NCBI RefSeq assembly: GCF_018350175.1
Contig: NC_058383.1
Span: 18,352,001 to 18,416,000 of the forward strand
DNA: 64,000 nucleotides
Origin: Felis catus
Lineage: Eukaryota
Direction of reading: 5' to 3'
This document shows positions 41,901 to 59,073 of the stretch, one piece after another. The notes under the pieces were generated by a model. That model did no database searches. It was not told the DNA's origin and saw only the letters and a list, made by a program, of their open reading frames with translations. A program made the translations under genes and the position numbers. Positions within the stretch are counted from its first letter, which is position 1, and each line of letters begins with the position of its first letter.

Positions 41901-44062
41901 TGTGCCCAGAACAGAGGAGACATTCAATAAATATTTGTTGGATGAAATGGATGAATACATGAATACTCTGTCCTCAAACCCATCCACATCAACACACATT
42001 TGCATAGAATTTCAAAGGGTTCCAGGAGGAAGCCTCCTGGCTCCTCAGTATTCATGAATGCTCCTGAAAATCCTTCTCTTCAGGGGACCCTGGGGGGATC
42101 CTTGAGGGTGGCCAGGGAGCTGGGACCCCAGGTAGTGGGGCTTGAAGTGGGGGGAGTTTGAGGACAAAAGCATCTGGGGGCCTGGGGGAGGATGTAGAAG
42201 GCAAGCAGGGACCTTGCAGGTACCTATTGATGATGGTGGGCAGGAAGCAGAAGAAAAACCTCTCCGGGATGGATGCAAAGGGCAGCAACCCCAGGTAATA
42301 GAGCAGTAACAACCAGATAGCTCGGCCGATGGTGAAGGAGAACGGCATCTCGGGGTTCTGGGAGGCAAGGGGAAGGGAGAAGAGGGTCAGTCTGCTCCCA
42401 GGAAAGCAGAAAGGGGACTTAGGCTGCAGGGGAAACAGCGCTGGACATTCAGGAAGGTCCACCACCTGCGGGATCGGAGCTGTATGTCGGCCCAGCGTTC
42501 AGGCCTGACCGCACCCTCTGGGTCTCCAGCAGCAATGCCTGTGCTCCCCCTGTCCCCACCCCTCTCCTCTCGGCATCCCACCCTTTGAGACTCTGCTCAG
42601 GGCTGGTTCCTCCACAACACCCCACACCTGTCCAGCCTAGGCCCCTGGAGCCTCCAGCGCCTGGGAGAAGGGGCCGCTGGAGCAGGGAGGGAGCAGGGAC
42701 TCACAGCAGCCCTGCACTTCTTCATGACCGAGCTCTTCTCCGTGGCCCAGACGGTGATTTCATTTCGGTCAAAGTGCCTCACCAGGCCTGCTATCTGGGA
42801 GGAGGAGAAGGAAGAGGTGAAGGGGAGTCAGGCCTCTCTCCAGCCCCAGGTCCCTTCCCACCCCAGCCCCGCAGCAGCACCACCTTGTTAATGAGCTCTT
42901 CGTTTTCCTCTTTGATCTCCACGCTCATGGGCATCCGAGGGAACCTCTGGAACACGTCCTCCAGACTCACCATGTGCCGGTCCGACCCGTGTGCAAAGCG
43001 ACCTGGGTGGGTTGTGGCAAGAGGGATCAGAGGGGGATGGGCGGGGTGGGAGCCCAGGGGGAGGGGGACGAGTCCCAGAGGAGAAGGGAGGGCAGGAAGG
43101 TTGAGGCCAGGACCCCACTCGTGAGGTCACACTCTCACCTGGTGAGAAGTAGACCTCCAGCTCCTCCTTGTAGAGGGGCAGCTCCTGGGGAGAAGAGGGA
43201 GCACGTCACCAGGGGGCACGCGTGGAGGCACCGTGGCTCTCTGGGTAGAGTGGGGGGGGGGGGGGGGCTGGGGCAAGGCCCACCTCAAAGTCCAGGCTGC
43301 TCACGTCCCTATTCACGCCTGACTGGCGGGACAGGTTCTTGTCGTGAGATACCACCACCACGCCATCTCGTGTCAACTGGCAGTCAAGCTCCAGGAAGTC
43401 TGATCGCTGGGCCAGGGAGCTGTGGGAGTGAAGGTCAGTGCGGAGAGGCCCGGGGGAAGGAACAGGACAAACCACAGGACAGCGGGGAGGTTTAGGGGAG
43501 CGTGGGCCAGAGTTCACGGCAGGATGGGCAGGCTGTGCACTGCACACCTCCAGAGGGCCCCGGTCACTCAGACTAGGAAGTGAGTGGCGCCTCCTGGTGT
43601 CTCGCAGCTCACAGCTGGCAGGTGCACTCACTTCTCCATGGCCTCCATGGTGTTCTCCAGTAGTTCTCCAGATCCTGTGTGGGGCAGCTGGGTGGGTCCC
43701 AGGAGCCTGGCCTCCCTCCTCTCCCCTCACCCCTGCCTCTTCTTCCCCCTTCCACATCCTTCCCTGCCGTCCTGCTCTCCTACCTCAGGCTCTGCCCTCT
43801 TCCTGACAGCCCGCTGCTTGGACCTCCCCCACTGCCGTCCACCCTTGCTGGCCCCTTGCTGTCCTTACTCCACCCTCAGCAGTCACCATCACCATCCTCC
43901 CGCCCAACCGCCGCCCAGCGTACCTGCTCGGTGGGCCCCCAGGCGTGGCAGGAAGACTGGAGCCCAGGGTGTGTGCAGCAGGCGAGGCCGGCGCAGGAAG
44001 AAGATGGACAGCATGGCATAGCTGCCCAGGGCGGGCAGGGCGTAGGAGAGCAGAGAGCTCAT
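38906..44062 (-). CDS. GDPD3: Lysophospholipase D GDPD3/GDE7 (318 aa); exons 44062-43924, 43674-43632, 43419-43284, 43184-43139, 43002-42884, 42794-42705, 42357-42224, 40906-40847, 40745-40694, 39043-38906
   Basis: N-terminal TM MSSLLSYALPALGSYAMLSIFFLRRP; GDPD motifs AHR.GSGELLENT, ELDCQLTRDGVVVVSHD, VEIK, GVMTDYP. Exons sum to 957 nt. AATAAA on the minus strand at 38859-38864. Confidence 0.96.
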
Positions 44063-44739
44063 GGTCACGCTGCCTCTCTGGGCTCCCGCTGCCACACACT
44101 CGGCTGCTCCTGATGGACTGTGCTGCCTCTGCTGATTGCCTGGCCAGCGTAGGCTGGCTCCACCGCTGGTAGCCACCACACCCCTGGGACCTGCTGAGCC
44201 GGCTCTTGGCCTGGGGCCAGGCTGCAGGGTTCAGCCGGGGAGGGGGTACAGGCAGGAGAGGTGCCCGGCAGCTCTGGCTCTCACGCCTCTAGATCCTCCA
44301 CGGACCCCAGCACCCCTCTCTCCTCGGCCATGCTGGGGAAACAACCCCCACCCCCACCCCAAGCGCTGGGTCTGCTACAACCTTCCCCCCTCCCATGGGT
44401 GCTGGTGGCCGGGGTATACAGCACACCACCCCTTGCCATTTCCAGAGAATCCAGGGGTGTGTAGGATGTCCCTGAGTCACCCCCGAATCACCCCAGCCAG
44501 CGAGATGGGAAGCCATTTGGGAGGGGAGAGGACAGTGACTAAGGGGAAAGTTGACCCCACTCTGTCCAGGAGTCTGGCGCTCCTTACACTCCCATCTTCA
44601 ACCCTGGCCACCCGGGGAGCCAAGGAGCACCAGGACTGGGGAAAGCCACCCCGCTGGGAAGGGGCTGGGCAGGCGAGTCAGTCCTCGAAGTAATGGTTAG
44701 GGTAGGGCATCGGCGGATACAGACAGAGCCAGGGCCATC

Positions 44740-45339
44740 ATATACACGTTTCTATCTTTATATATTAGATACAGGCACAGGGGTGGGCAGGGGCACCAGG
44801 CTCTCCTCGTGCCCCCAGCCCCACTTCTGTTCGCCCACACACACAGGCAGCAGGGGGTGTTAGATGTGGCAGCTTTGGGGGAGGGGTTTCGGCCTGGGCC
44901 CTGCTCCTCAGGGATACTAGCCCTTGAGCCTCAGGAATATTCCTTCGGGGAAAATGGGGCGGGGTTTTAGTGGGTCAGGGCTTGCCCTGAGTCCCTTACT
45001 CAGCGTCCCCCATCCCCTCACTGCCCTTCAGGAGGTCCTGGGACAGCCAGAGCCCTTCCATTCCAGAACTACCAGAGACTGGGATAGCCGGGGTAGACAA
45101 AGGCAAGCTGCAGAGGGTAGTTTGCGTGGGGGGCCACCTAAGCCCCTCAGGTCCTGGGAGGGACAGGGGGGTGGGGCGGAGGGAACCTTGGCCTGCCTGA
45201 AGCAGGAGGCCAGAGCAAAATCAGGGAAGGTGGCCAGGCCCGCCCTCCGCCCTGACCCGGTCTGCCGGGGGGGTCTGGGCGGGGCACAGTGTCCATTTTC
45301 TAACAGTCCAGCAGGGGAGGGGCAGGCAGGAGGCAGGGC
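44740..45339 (-). other. MAPK3: MAPK3 non-coding last exon (3'UTR)
   Basis: Donor at about 46160 after the stop; acceptor tttctgtttag at about 45340; variant poly(A) signal TATAAA (minus) near 44757-44762. Confidence 0.7.
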
Positions 45340-46191
45340 CTAAACAGAAAGGCAGGCAGGAAAGGAGCCATTAGCACCCACCAGATGACCTGCCAGAGCC
45401 CTGACCTCAAGTCCCCTCATTTGTTCCTCACGGCTGACTGGGATGTGTCTTGTTTTCCTTGACTGCGAATGAGGATAACATCGGTGCCTATCTCAAGGGA
45501 CAGCCGGAGGGCTGAATGCGTTAATACACATAAGCCTCTCGGACCAATGATTAGTGCCCTATGTTTGCTCTCGTCATCAGGGCTCTCCCCAGGAAACTGA
45601 GGCACCGACAAGTGAGGTATCTTGCACAACATCACACAGCTCTTACTAAGGGGCAGGGCTGGAATTTGAGCCCAGGTGTGCGTGCCTTCCTTCCATCAAG
45701 CTGTGGCTGGCGGGAAAGGTGGAAAGGAGACTCGAGGAAGGAGCCCTGCGTGGGTGGGTGTGCAAACCGCTGACCCGGGCACCAGGTGTGAGGAAGCCTG
45801 GCATCTGGGTCAGGCCGGGTGCTGGCTCCTCCCAAAGCAATTACTGCCCCACCTGCCTCTCTGCCCATACCGGGAGAGCCGAACTCTGGCTGTCCCTCAG
45901 ATGGGAGAGAGGGGCCTGAGGTCCCTGAGGGGGCTGGAGGGTGCAGGGTGTTGCCCGGGGGGAGACTTTGGGACTAGGGGAAAGGAAGATGGATGTAAAG
46001 AACCTGTGGCCCCCAGGTCTGTGGCCCGGGCAGGCTCTAGCCTTTCTGTGGCCACCATGCACACGCCTCATTGGCGTGAACAGGCTTGTGACTATATGGA
46101 GGCGTGCCGGGAGCACTGGCGTAGGCTGAATCTGTGCGTGGGCTGTGGGGAGCACTCACCAGGCCTCAAACTGCAGAAGTGTCTGTCCAGT

Positions 46192-50959
<4,768 letters not shown>

Positions 50960-53224
50960 CTCCACTCCTCCCCTCCCGCCGGCCCGCCCGCCTCCCCCCG
51001 GCGGCCCCGCCCGAGGCCCCGCCCCTTCCCGCCCGCCCTGCCACCCGCGGAGCCGCGCGCACCAGGCCCCGCCCCCGCGCGCCCCCGCGCCCGCCACGTG
51101 ACCTGCGCCCGAGCGCGCCCGGCTCACCCCCTGCTCCGCGTTGGTCCAGCGACCCCCGCCGCTCCGGCTGCTCCAGGCAGTCTAGGGGCTCCCGGGGGCC
51201 GTCTGGACACGGTCCGAGGCCTCCCGTCGAACGCGGAGCAGCCGGCAGGTCCGCCCGGTGACCTTCCCCGGAGCCACCCTGCGAGTGTACGCGGGCCCGG
51301 GGACCGGGACAGAGTCGCCTGGCCCTGCCCGCTCTGCTGCAGCCTGGGGCTCGAGATAGAACCTTAAGGGAACCCTCCCCAGAGCTCTAGAGGGTGGCCT
51401 CCCCGAGCCAGGCTTCTTCACGGATGTGGCCTGCCTTTCACAGACGAGGTCACTGAATGACGCCTGAGCCGGGTCTGGTCACTGGGAGTCCGTCAGACGA
51501 CTGACCGCTGGAGAACCCAGGGGCCCAGGCTCCCAGCCTGACGGCGTACTGACCGAGGCCTGCGGGAGTGGGCTGGGAACTTGGCCTCTCCCAGCAACCG
51601 GCCAGTGCCGGAAGTGAGGACAGATAACCTCAGCCCACCTTTACGTGGAACTGCCGCAGAAAGTCGCAAAAGCTGCGTGCGGTGTTGATTAGGTTTGGTT
51701 AAAACACACTATCAGGCTTTCCCCCCAAACAGCAAAAGAGATAAGCTTTGTTGTCGTTGGACTTGACAAAACCGGGATCCTGTCAAGATCATCAGCTTTT
51801 GATTTGGTACCAGACTTTGTAGTTTACACCATACTTAGACCACTTGAGTTTCTTCCACAGGACAACCCCACACTATAGGTGTCCACCGAGTTTCTTAGCA
51901 GGATGAGCAGGGACCACTTCTGCCTTGCTCTTTACTGTACTGCCCCTCCCTTGCGGGGCACTCAGATATTCAAAGCTTTTTGACCGGATGAATCAAATTT
52001 TACAGATGGGGAATCTGAGTTGGGGAGTTGAGACTCAAAATGGTATCTTCTGACGCAGAAGCAGAGGCTCTTTTTTATTCCTTCCTATCTCCCAGAATCA
52101 TAGACTTAAAACCAAAGAAAGGACCACCATGTCCACCCCCCTCACTTCACAGAAAAGATGTGAGCTGAAACTTCACAAAACACATCTCTCAGGCCTCAGA
52201 AAGTAATCACATTGGGTTTGTTTTTTTTTTAATCCCTTAGAAGCTGGGAGTAGATCCTTATACGCATTACAGATCAAGAGACCAAATGGAACAGTAATTA
52301 TGCTTCTGAAATGGCTCATAATTAGATCTACAGCCAGGCACTGTAGTGCAGATTAATGAGACTCAGTTGCTGCTTCCCAATAGCCCAGGAGTCGGTGAAG
52401 GTTTAAGAGATGCTAATTAGATCAATGTTTGGGGGAGGTTTTTGTTTTTTGTTTTTTAGTTATACATTTGATAAGCTATTGCATAGCACTGTGTGCAAAG
52501 CTCTGAGCTAGGCACTGTGGTTGATGAAAGGTTACTATATAGCTGTGAATTTGTGGTTAAGAGCAAGAGCTCTCTGGATTTCCTGGGTTAGAATCCCGTC
52601 TTTACTCGCTGTGTGATCCTGGGCAGATTACTCCCTGGCTTCTCTACCCAAAGAGTTCCTAATCTATTGAAGAGAAAAGATGCACATACATAAATCAGCG
52701 AAATCCAAGATAGATGGATATAATATATGGTGTGGGAGCTCAACGGTGGGAGAGATCACTCTTTTCTAGAGAAGGGAGTTAAGGGGGAGGTACATTTACA
52801 TTCCTGAAAAAGAAGTACGGTTTCAGAAGGTCAGGATAGAGGGAAGGCGTCAAGAAGGAGCTGCATGTGCCCCGACATATAGGCAGGAGCTGATTTGTCC
52901 AGTGTGGCCGCAGCATAAAGGACTGAAGGGAGTTCAGGCTGGAGAGGTAGGTTGGGGCCAGACTGAGGAAGGCTTTGGATTCAGGCAGGGAGTTTGGATG
53001 TTACTCAGTAAGCAGTAAAAGCCTTTGAGGGACTTTTGCCAGATCATTTTGCAACTGTGGGAGAATATAATGACTCAGAGAAAACACCATGGAGTTCAGC
53101 GTGGAGCCAGGTTTCCTGAGTGGGACTGGCTTTCCCGGCAGAGGAAAGGCTGGTGCATCGGGAGGGGGTGTCTGCCCCATCAAGCGGTATGGGAGAGTGT
53201 CTTTTAAAGGAGGGTGACTGAAAT

Positions 53225-53240
53225 CCCCCTCTAGTGGCCG
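53225..53240 (-). promoter_or_regulatory. CTCF-like motif upstream of MAPK3
   Basis: Minus strand GGCCACTAGAGGGGG. Confidence 0.45.
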
Positions 53241-53507
53241 AGGTTGGTACTTCCTTGGGATTTCTTGGTCTATTTCATAGATTGGTATCTGACTAATAAA
53301 GACTGAACAGCTATTCTGCTCCAGGCACTTTAATGTACTTTATCTTCTGTCCTCCTCACAGAAGCCGTATGAAGCAGATACTCTGAACATTTAACAGGAA
53401 CACAAACCCAGAAGCTTACTGAACTACTGATCTGGAAGGAGCTTTAGGAATAATTTTCTCCATCAGACAGTTCATTACCTCACAGCTCACTGCACTGTTA
53501 GAGGTTT

Positions 53508-54028
53508 TCTTTTTTTTTTTTTTTTTTAATTTTTTTTAACGTTTATTTATTTTTGAGACAGAGAGAGACAGAGCATGAACGGGGGAGGGTCTGAGAGAGA
53601 GGGAGACACAGAATCGGAAACAGGCTCCAGGCTCTGAGCTGTCAGCAGAGAGCCCGACGCGGGGCTCGAACTCACGGACCGTGAGATCATGCCCTGAGCT
53701 GAAGTCGGAGGCTTAACCGACTGAGCCACCCAGGTGCCCCTGTTAGAGGTTTTCTAACGACTGCCGCATATATGGCTTAGTTCTAGCCTCTGAATCTACC
53801 CAGACCAGGTCTTTTTTTTTTTTAAGTTTATTTATTTATTTTGAGAGAGTGAGAGAGTGCAAGCTGGGGAGAGGGACAGAGAGAGAGAGGGAGACTGAGG
53901 ATCCGAAGAGGACTCTGCATTGACAGCAGAGAGCCCGATGTGGGGCTCAGACTCATGAACCATAAGATCATGACCTGAGCTAAAACCGAGAGTGAGAAAC
54001 TTAACCGAATGAGCCACCCGGTGCCCCT
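53508..54028 (-). mobile_element. Two CAN-SINEs (about 53508-53740 and 53812-54028)
   Basis: Full-length feliform SINE bodies; the first has target duplication tgttagaggttttct. Confidence 0.9.
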
Positions 54029-55184
54029 ACCCAGATTAAATGTTAAACCAGTCCTTATTTGTGTTGTTAAGGTCCCAAGAGAGGCCAGTGGGTAATTTGC
54101 GAGGGAGTAACATTTGAAGAGTGTTATTGAACATTAATTAACGAGGGAGTAACATCTGAAGAGCACCAGTGAATGTTCCCATTTCTACCAACTCAACCAG
54201 TCAGCACAATCCAAGAAGGCAGCCAGTGTTCAGGAATAGGAGTCAAAACACATTTAATAACTTATGAAGATTTAAGAACTAGGGTTTTTTTTAACCCCCA
54301 AAACCTCTGATAGAGTTTTCTTGTTTGTTTCGACACTTCTTCATATCTCCGAGATGAACTGTACTCAAACATCCCTCCTCTGGCATAAGCATTCTGCAGA
54401 TGATTATCCCTTCTCTGAAATCTCTGTGGTCAGCACTGCCTGCCCCACTGGGCTCCTTCCTCGACAGTGTCACCCTTGGTCACATCATACTCCTGTGCTG
54501 TCAACTTTCTCCTTTATGGAAACGTCTGTCCTTAGCATCGTCTTTGCCCTTAATCCCAGTTGCAAAGTTTCAGCGTTTGCTGGGCAGCTTCACCTGGAGG
54601 CTTGCTAGTACTTAAAATTCAGCACATCCTGTGAAATGTGCCCTTTCTACTTCACACCTGCTTGCCTTCCAGATTGTGCTTGTGGCGGTGAGTAGGGCCA
54701 CAATGCTCTCAGCGTTGAACCCAGATATTGTCTCCTTTTTCCACTCCTCTCCGTATCCAGCCAAGTCCTTGCCAATTTATTACCATCGGCGTTCCCAAGG
54801 CCATCGCCTCTACTGTTGATCAAACCCAAATTTCATGTTAATTTTTTTACTTTTTAACTTTTTAGATGTTTTCAGAACTTACCAAAAAGCTGCAAAAATA
54901 GTTCGAAGAATTTCCGCATACCCTTCATCAACGCTCTGCAAATGTTAAGAGTGTCAATAAACACAATACGATTATTTTTTAACACAATCCAATTATTAAA
55001 ATCAAGATATTGACATCAGTAGAGTTAACCTATAGATTTATTTTATTTTTTTTCAGATTTTGCCAATTGTCCCACTAACCTCCGTTTTCTGGTTCAGGAT
55101 CCAATTTAGGATCACATGTTGCATTTAGGTGTTATGACTCCTTCATTTCCTTTAATCTAACAGTTCCTTAGCCTTTTGTTTTGT

Positions 55185-57561
55185 TTTACGTTTATCTATT
55201 TATTGTGGGGGAGAGAAAGTGTGAGCGGAGGAGGAGCAGAGAGAGAGAGAATCCTAAGCAGGTTCCAAACTGTCAGTACAGAGCCTGACGCAGGGCTTGA
55301 ACTCACGAACCTCGAAATCATGACCTGAGCTGAAATCAAGAGTGGGAAGCTTAACTGACTGAGCCACCCAGGCGCTCCCAGTTCCTTAGTCTTTACTATT
55401 GTATTGTCCTATTACTATTGTATTGACTTAGTCTCCTTTCTTCAGCCCTTATAAGGTTTGTATCAAGCAGGAATCATCCATGCTTTTTTTTTTTTTAAGT
55501 TTACTTATTTATTTTTGAAAGAGTGAGGGGCGCCTGGGTGGCTCAGTCGGTTAAGCGTCCGACTTCGGCTCAGGTCATGATCTCACGGTTGGTGGGTTCG
55601 AGCCCCGCGTTGGGCTCTGGACTGACAGCTCAGAGCCCGGAGCCGGCTTCGGATTCTGTGTCTGCCCCTCCCCCACTCTCACTTTGTCTCACTCTGTCTC
55701 TCAAAAATAAATAAATGTAATAAAAAATAAACAAATGTATTAAAAAAATTGAAAAGAAAAGAAAGAGTGGGCATGGTGGGGGAGAGGAAGAGAGAATCCC
55801 AAGCAGACTCTGCACTGTCAGCACAGAACCCAACTCGGAGCTCGAACCCATGAACCATAAGATCATGACCTGAGCCAAAGTCAAGACTTAGAGGCTTAAC
55901 CGACTGAGCCACCCAGGCACCCCATGCAGGAATCTTTCAGTAACAAGAGGTCAAAGACCCAGCTCAAACCAACTTAAACAAGAGAGGGAATTTATTAGCT
56001 TACTGAAAAGTTTAAAGGTAGATATTAAGGTGCATTTGGCTCAGGGACTCAATATCATTCAGATTTGGGTCCCAGCCCTAAGCTCTGCTTTCTTCTGAAT
56101 TGACTCCTGTCTCAGGTGGTTCCTCTCATGGCATCAAGAATGCCAGCAGTTCTAGATTTATGTCTGATTTTTCCCCCCAGTAACTCCAGCAGAGGGAAAA
56201 GGTGACCTCTCTCTGTCTCCTTGTACCAAAAACTTCAGATTTGACTCCCATTGGTTATTGGTTCTGCTTGGAGCCTGTACACATCCCTGAACCAAGGGGC
56301 GCCTGGGTGGCTCAGTCAGTTAAGCCTCCGACTTCAGCTCAGGTCATGATCTTATGGTTTGTGGGTTTGAGCCCCATGTCGGGCTCTGTGCTGACAACTT
56401 GGAGCCTGGAGCCTGCTTCTGATTCTGTGTCTCCCTCTCTCTGCCCCTCCCCTGCTCATGCTCTGTCTCTCAAAAATAAATAAATGTTAAAAAAAAAAAT
56501 CCCTGAACCAATCAATGTGGAACTGAGGGTTTAGCTATCTCTACTTGTGTCACCTGAACTAGGCTGGGGAAGGGATGGGTTTCCCACAGCAAACTGGGGT
56601 CCTAGGGGTGCCTGGGTGGCTCAGTCGGTTAAGCGTCCAACTGTGGCTCAGGTCATGATCTCGCGGTCCGTGGGTTTGAGCCCCGTGTCGGGCTCTGTGC
56701 TGACAGCTCAGCGCCTGGAGCCTGCTTCGGATTCTGTGTCTCCTTCTCTCTCTGCCCCTCTCCTGCTCATGCTCTCTCTCTCTCCCCCTCAATAATAAAT
56801 GTTTAAGAACATTTAATAAAAAAGAAAATTGGGGCCCTAGCCCCAGAAAGTGCTGACCAGGCAGAACAGCAGTGTTCATTACAATGTTCCTCATTAGAAA
56901 TTCTTAATTCCTCCCATTAACTACCAAATAACGCCCAAATTCCTTTACCAACATCCAAGGCCCTACTTACTTTGATCCAAATCTATTTTTCCGGGCTCAC
57001 TTCCTAGATGAACCTTTTGCTCTGGCCAAACTGGACTTCTCACTGGCATACATCCCTGCTTCTGTACCTCCGCTCATGCTGCTATTTTGGATTCTCCTTA
57101 GGTGGCATGGGTTTTTCAGTAAAAGGAATCCTTTCCAGTTCCAGAATTAGCTCAAATACCACCCTCTTATGAGATGCTGCACCTGCCACACCTGTACGTG
57201 CTGTATCTATACTTCTTATGTCTTGGGGCGAACGTCAACTTTGCATTCTATTTCCTTATGTACTCACCCTGCCCTCCCTACTAAGTTGTAAAATTTCCAG
57301 AAGGCCACAATGCTAGTGTCCCTATTTTTATTTTAAATGTTTACATTAAACAAATGTTGTTTAATGTTTATTTATTTTTGAGAGAGAGAGATGGTGGTGG
57401 TGGAGGAGGGACAGAGAGAGAGGGAGACAAAGAATCCAAAGCAGGCTCCGGGCTCTGAGCTGTCAGCACAGAGCCCCACGCAGGGCTCGAACCCACCAGC
57501 CATGAGACCATGACCCGAGCCCAAGTCTGACACCTAACCGACTGAGCCACCCAGGCCCCCC
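55185..57561. mobile_element. Cluster of CAN-SINEs (about 55185-55378 -, 55485-55922 - with nested 55527-55760 +, 56296-56498 +, 56605-56825 +, 57360-57561 -)
   Basis: ggggcgcctgggtggctcagtcggttaagcg heads; TSDs gaaagagtg (55517/55761) and atccctgaaccaa (56283/56499). Confidence 0.9.
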
Positions 57562-58869
57562 TGGTGACTTTATTTTTAAACTCTCTCTAGTATCAAGTAG
57601 TGTTTTGTACTCAATAGATATTTGTTGGATGAGGGACCTGAATATTTATGGTGCATATTAAACCTTTCATCAGCTGGGATAGCGCTTTTCTGGATGAGTG
57701 CAGGGTTGACTCTGTTCCTGTTAAAATGCAGCATCCAAAATAGAATACCATTTTCTATATGTAGCCTGACCAGTGGGAGTGCGGTAGGAGTATTGCTTCC
57801 CTTGCATTGGACCAATATTTTATCTACCTCCACACAGTGACTCTCCCTGAACCCCCAGTCTGAAATATATGCTGTTTATAAGCCTCCCTCACGGTGCTCT
57901 TCTCTTGCGTGGAACTTACCACAATTTGTTCTTGCCGATCCCTTTGCGAGGTGACGGAGGGCAATGATTGTAAGTGTGGCGGCTGCAAGGTTCCTTTTCT
58001 TCCTGCTTCTGCGAATTTCCTTCCCAGAACTGTGGAGAAATGAGGTTAGCTCCAGAAGCTTGAATTCTATTATTTCAACACACTTTTATTGAGTTCCTTT
58101 GTGCCAGGGGGCAATGGCTACATTGGAGGGGGAACCTGCGTGCCTCCCGAGGGGCTCGCACGAACCTCGTGAGGTAGATGTCGACCTTTTGCTCAAGACC
58201 ACACATGTGATAAGTGTCAGGCCTGGGACTCAAACCCGTGTCCCTCTGACTCCAGGATGGAGGCTTCAAATGGTGGCCCAAGGCCATATTCAGCTCGCAA
58301 ATGCATATTGCGTGGCCCATGTCATTTTGCTTTCCTTTAATCTGAACCAAAGCAAGGAGCGCCTGGGTAGCTCAGTCAGTTAGGCATCCGACTCTTGGTT
58401 TCAGCTCAGGCCGTGATCTTACGGTTCGTGAGTTCGAGCCCGACGGTGGGCCTTCTGCCTCTCCTCAACTCATGCTGTCTCTGTCTCTCTTGAATAAATG
58501 AGACAAAACAAACCCAAAAAGTCCTGAAAAGCAAAACAAAAATACACATTCTGGAATCAGACTGCCTGAGTTTGAACCCGCTCACCACGTAGTGGTTTAA
58601 CTTCTTCCTCAGTTTGGTCACCTGGAAAAGAAGATACAGTACTTACTTCATAGGGATGCTGAGACTGAAACACTTTTACGTATGAACTTTTTGAAACTTT
58701 AGTTTTATCAAATGCAAATTTGGGATGATAAAATTGATGCTGTCTACTTCACAAAGTTGGGAGGTACAGTAATAATATTTTGGACATATTTGAATATGCA
58801 GGTCTCCAAATCGCAAAGGATATACCCATGTTACACGTCTCTGTGCCCCCTCATGGGATTCTCTCTCTC

Positions 58870-59037
58870 CATCTCTCTTAGGATTGCTTTTTGCATGATC
58901 TTTTTCCATTCAGTTACTTTCAACTTATTTGTATCTTTCTTTTTTATTTGTTTTTTGTTTGTTTGTTTTAGAGAGAGAGAGAGGGCACAAGTTAGTGAGG
59001 GACAGAGAGAGGGAGAGAGAGAGAGAATCCCACGAGG

Positions 59038-59073
<36 letters not shown>

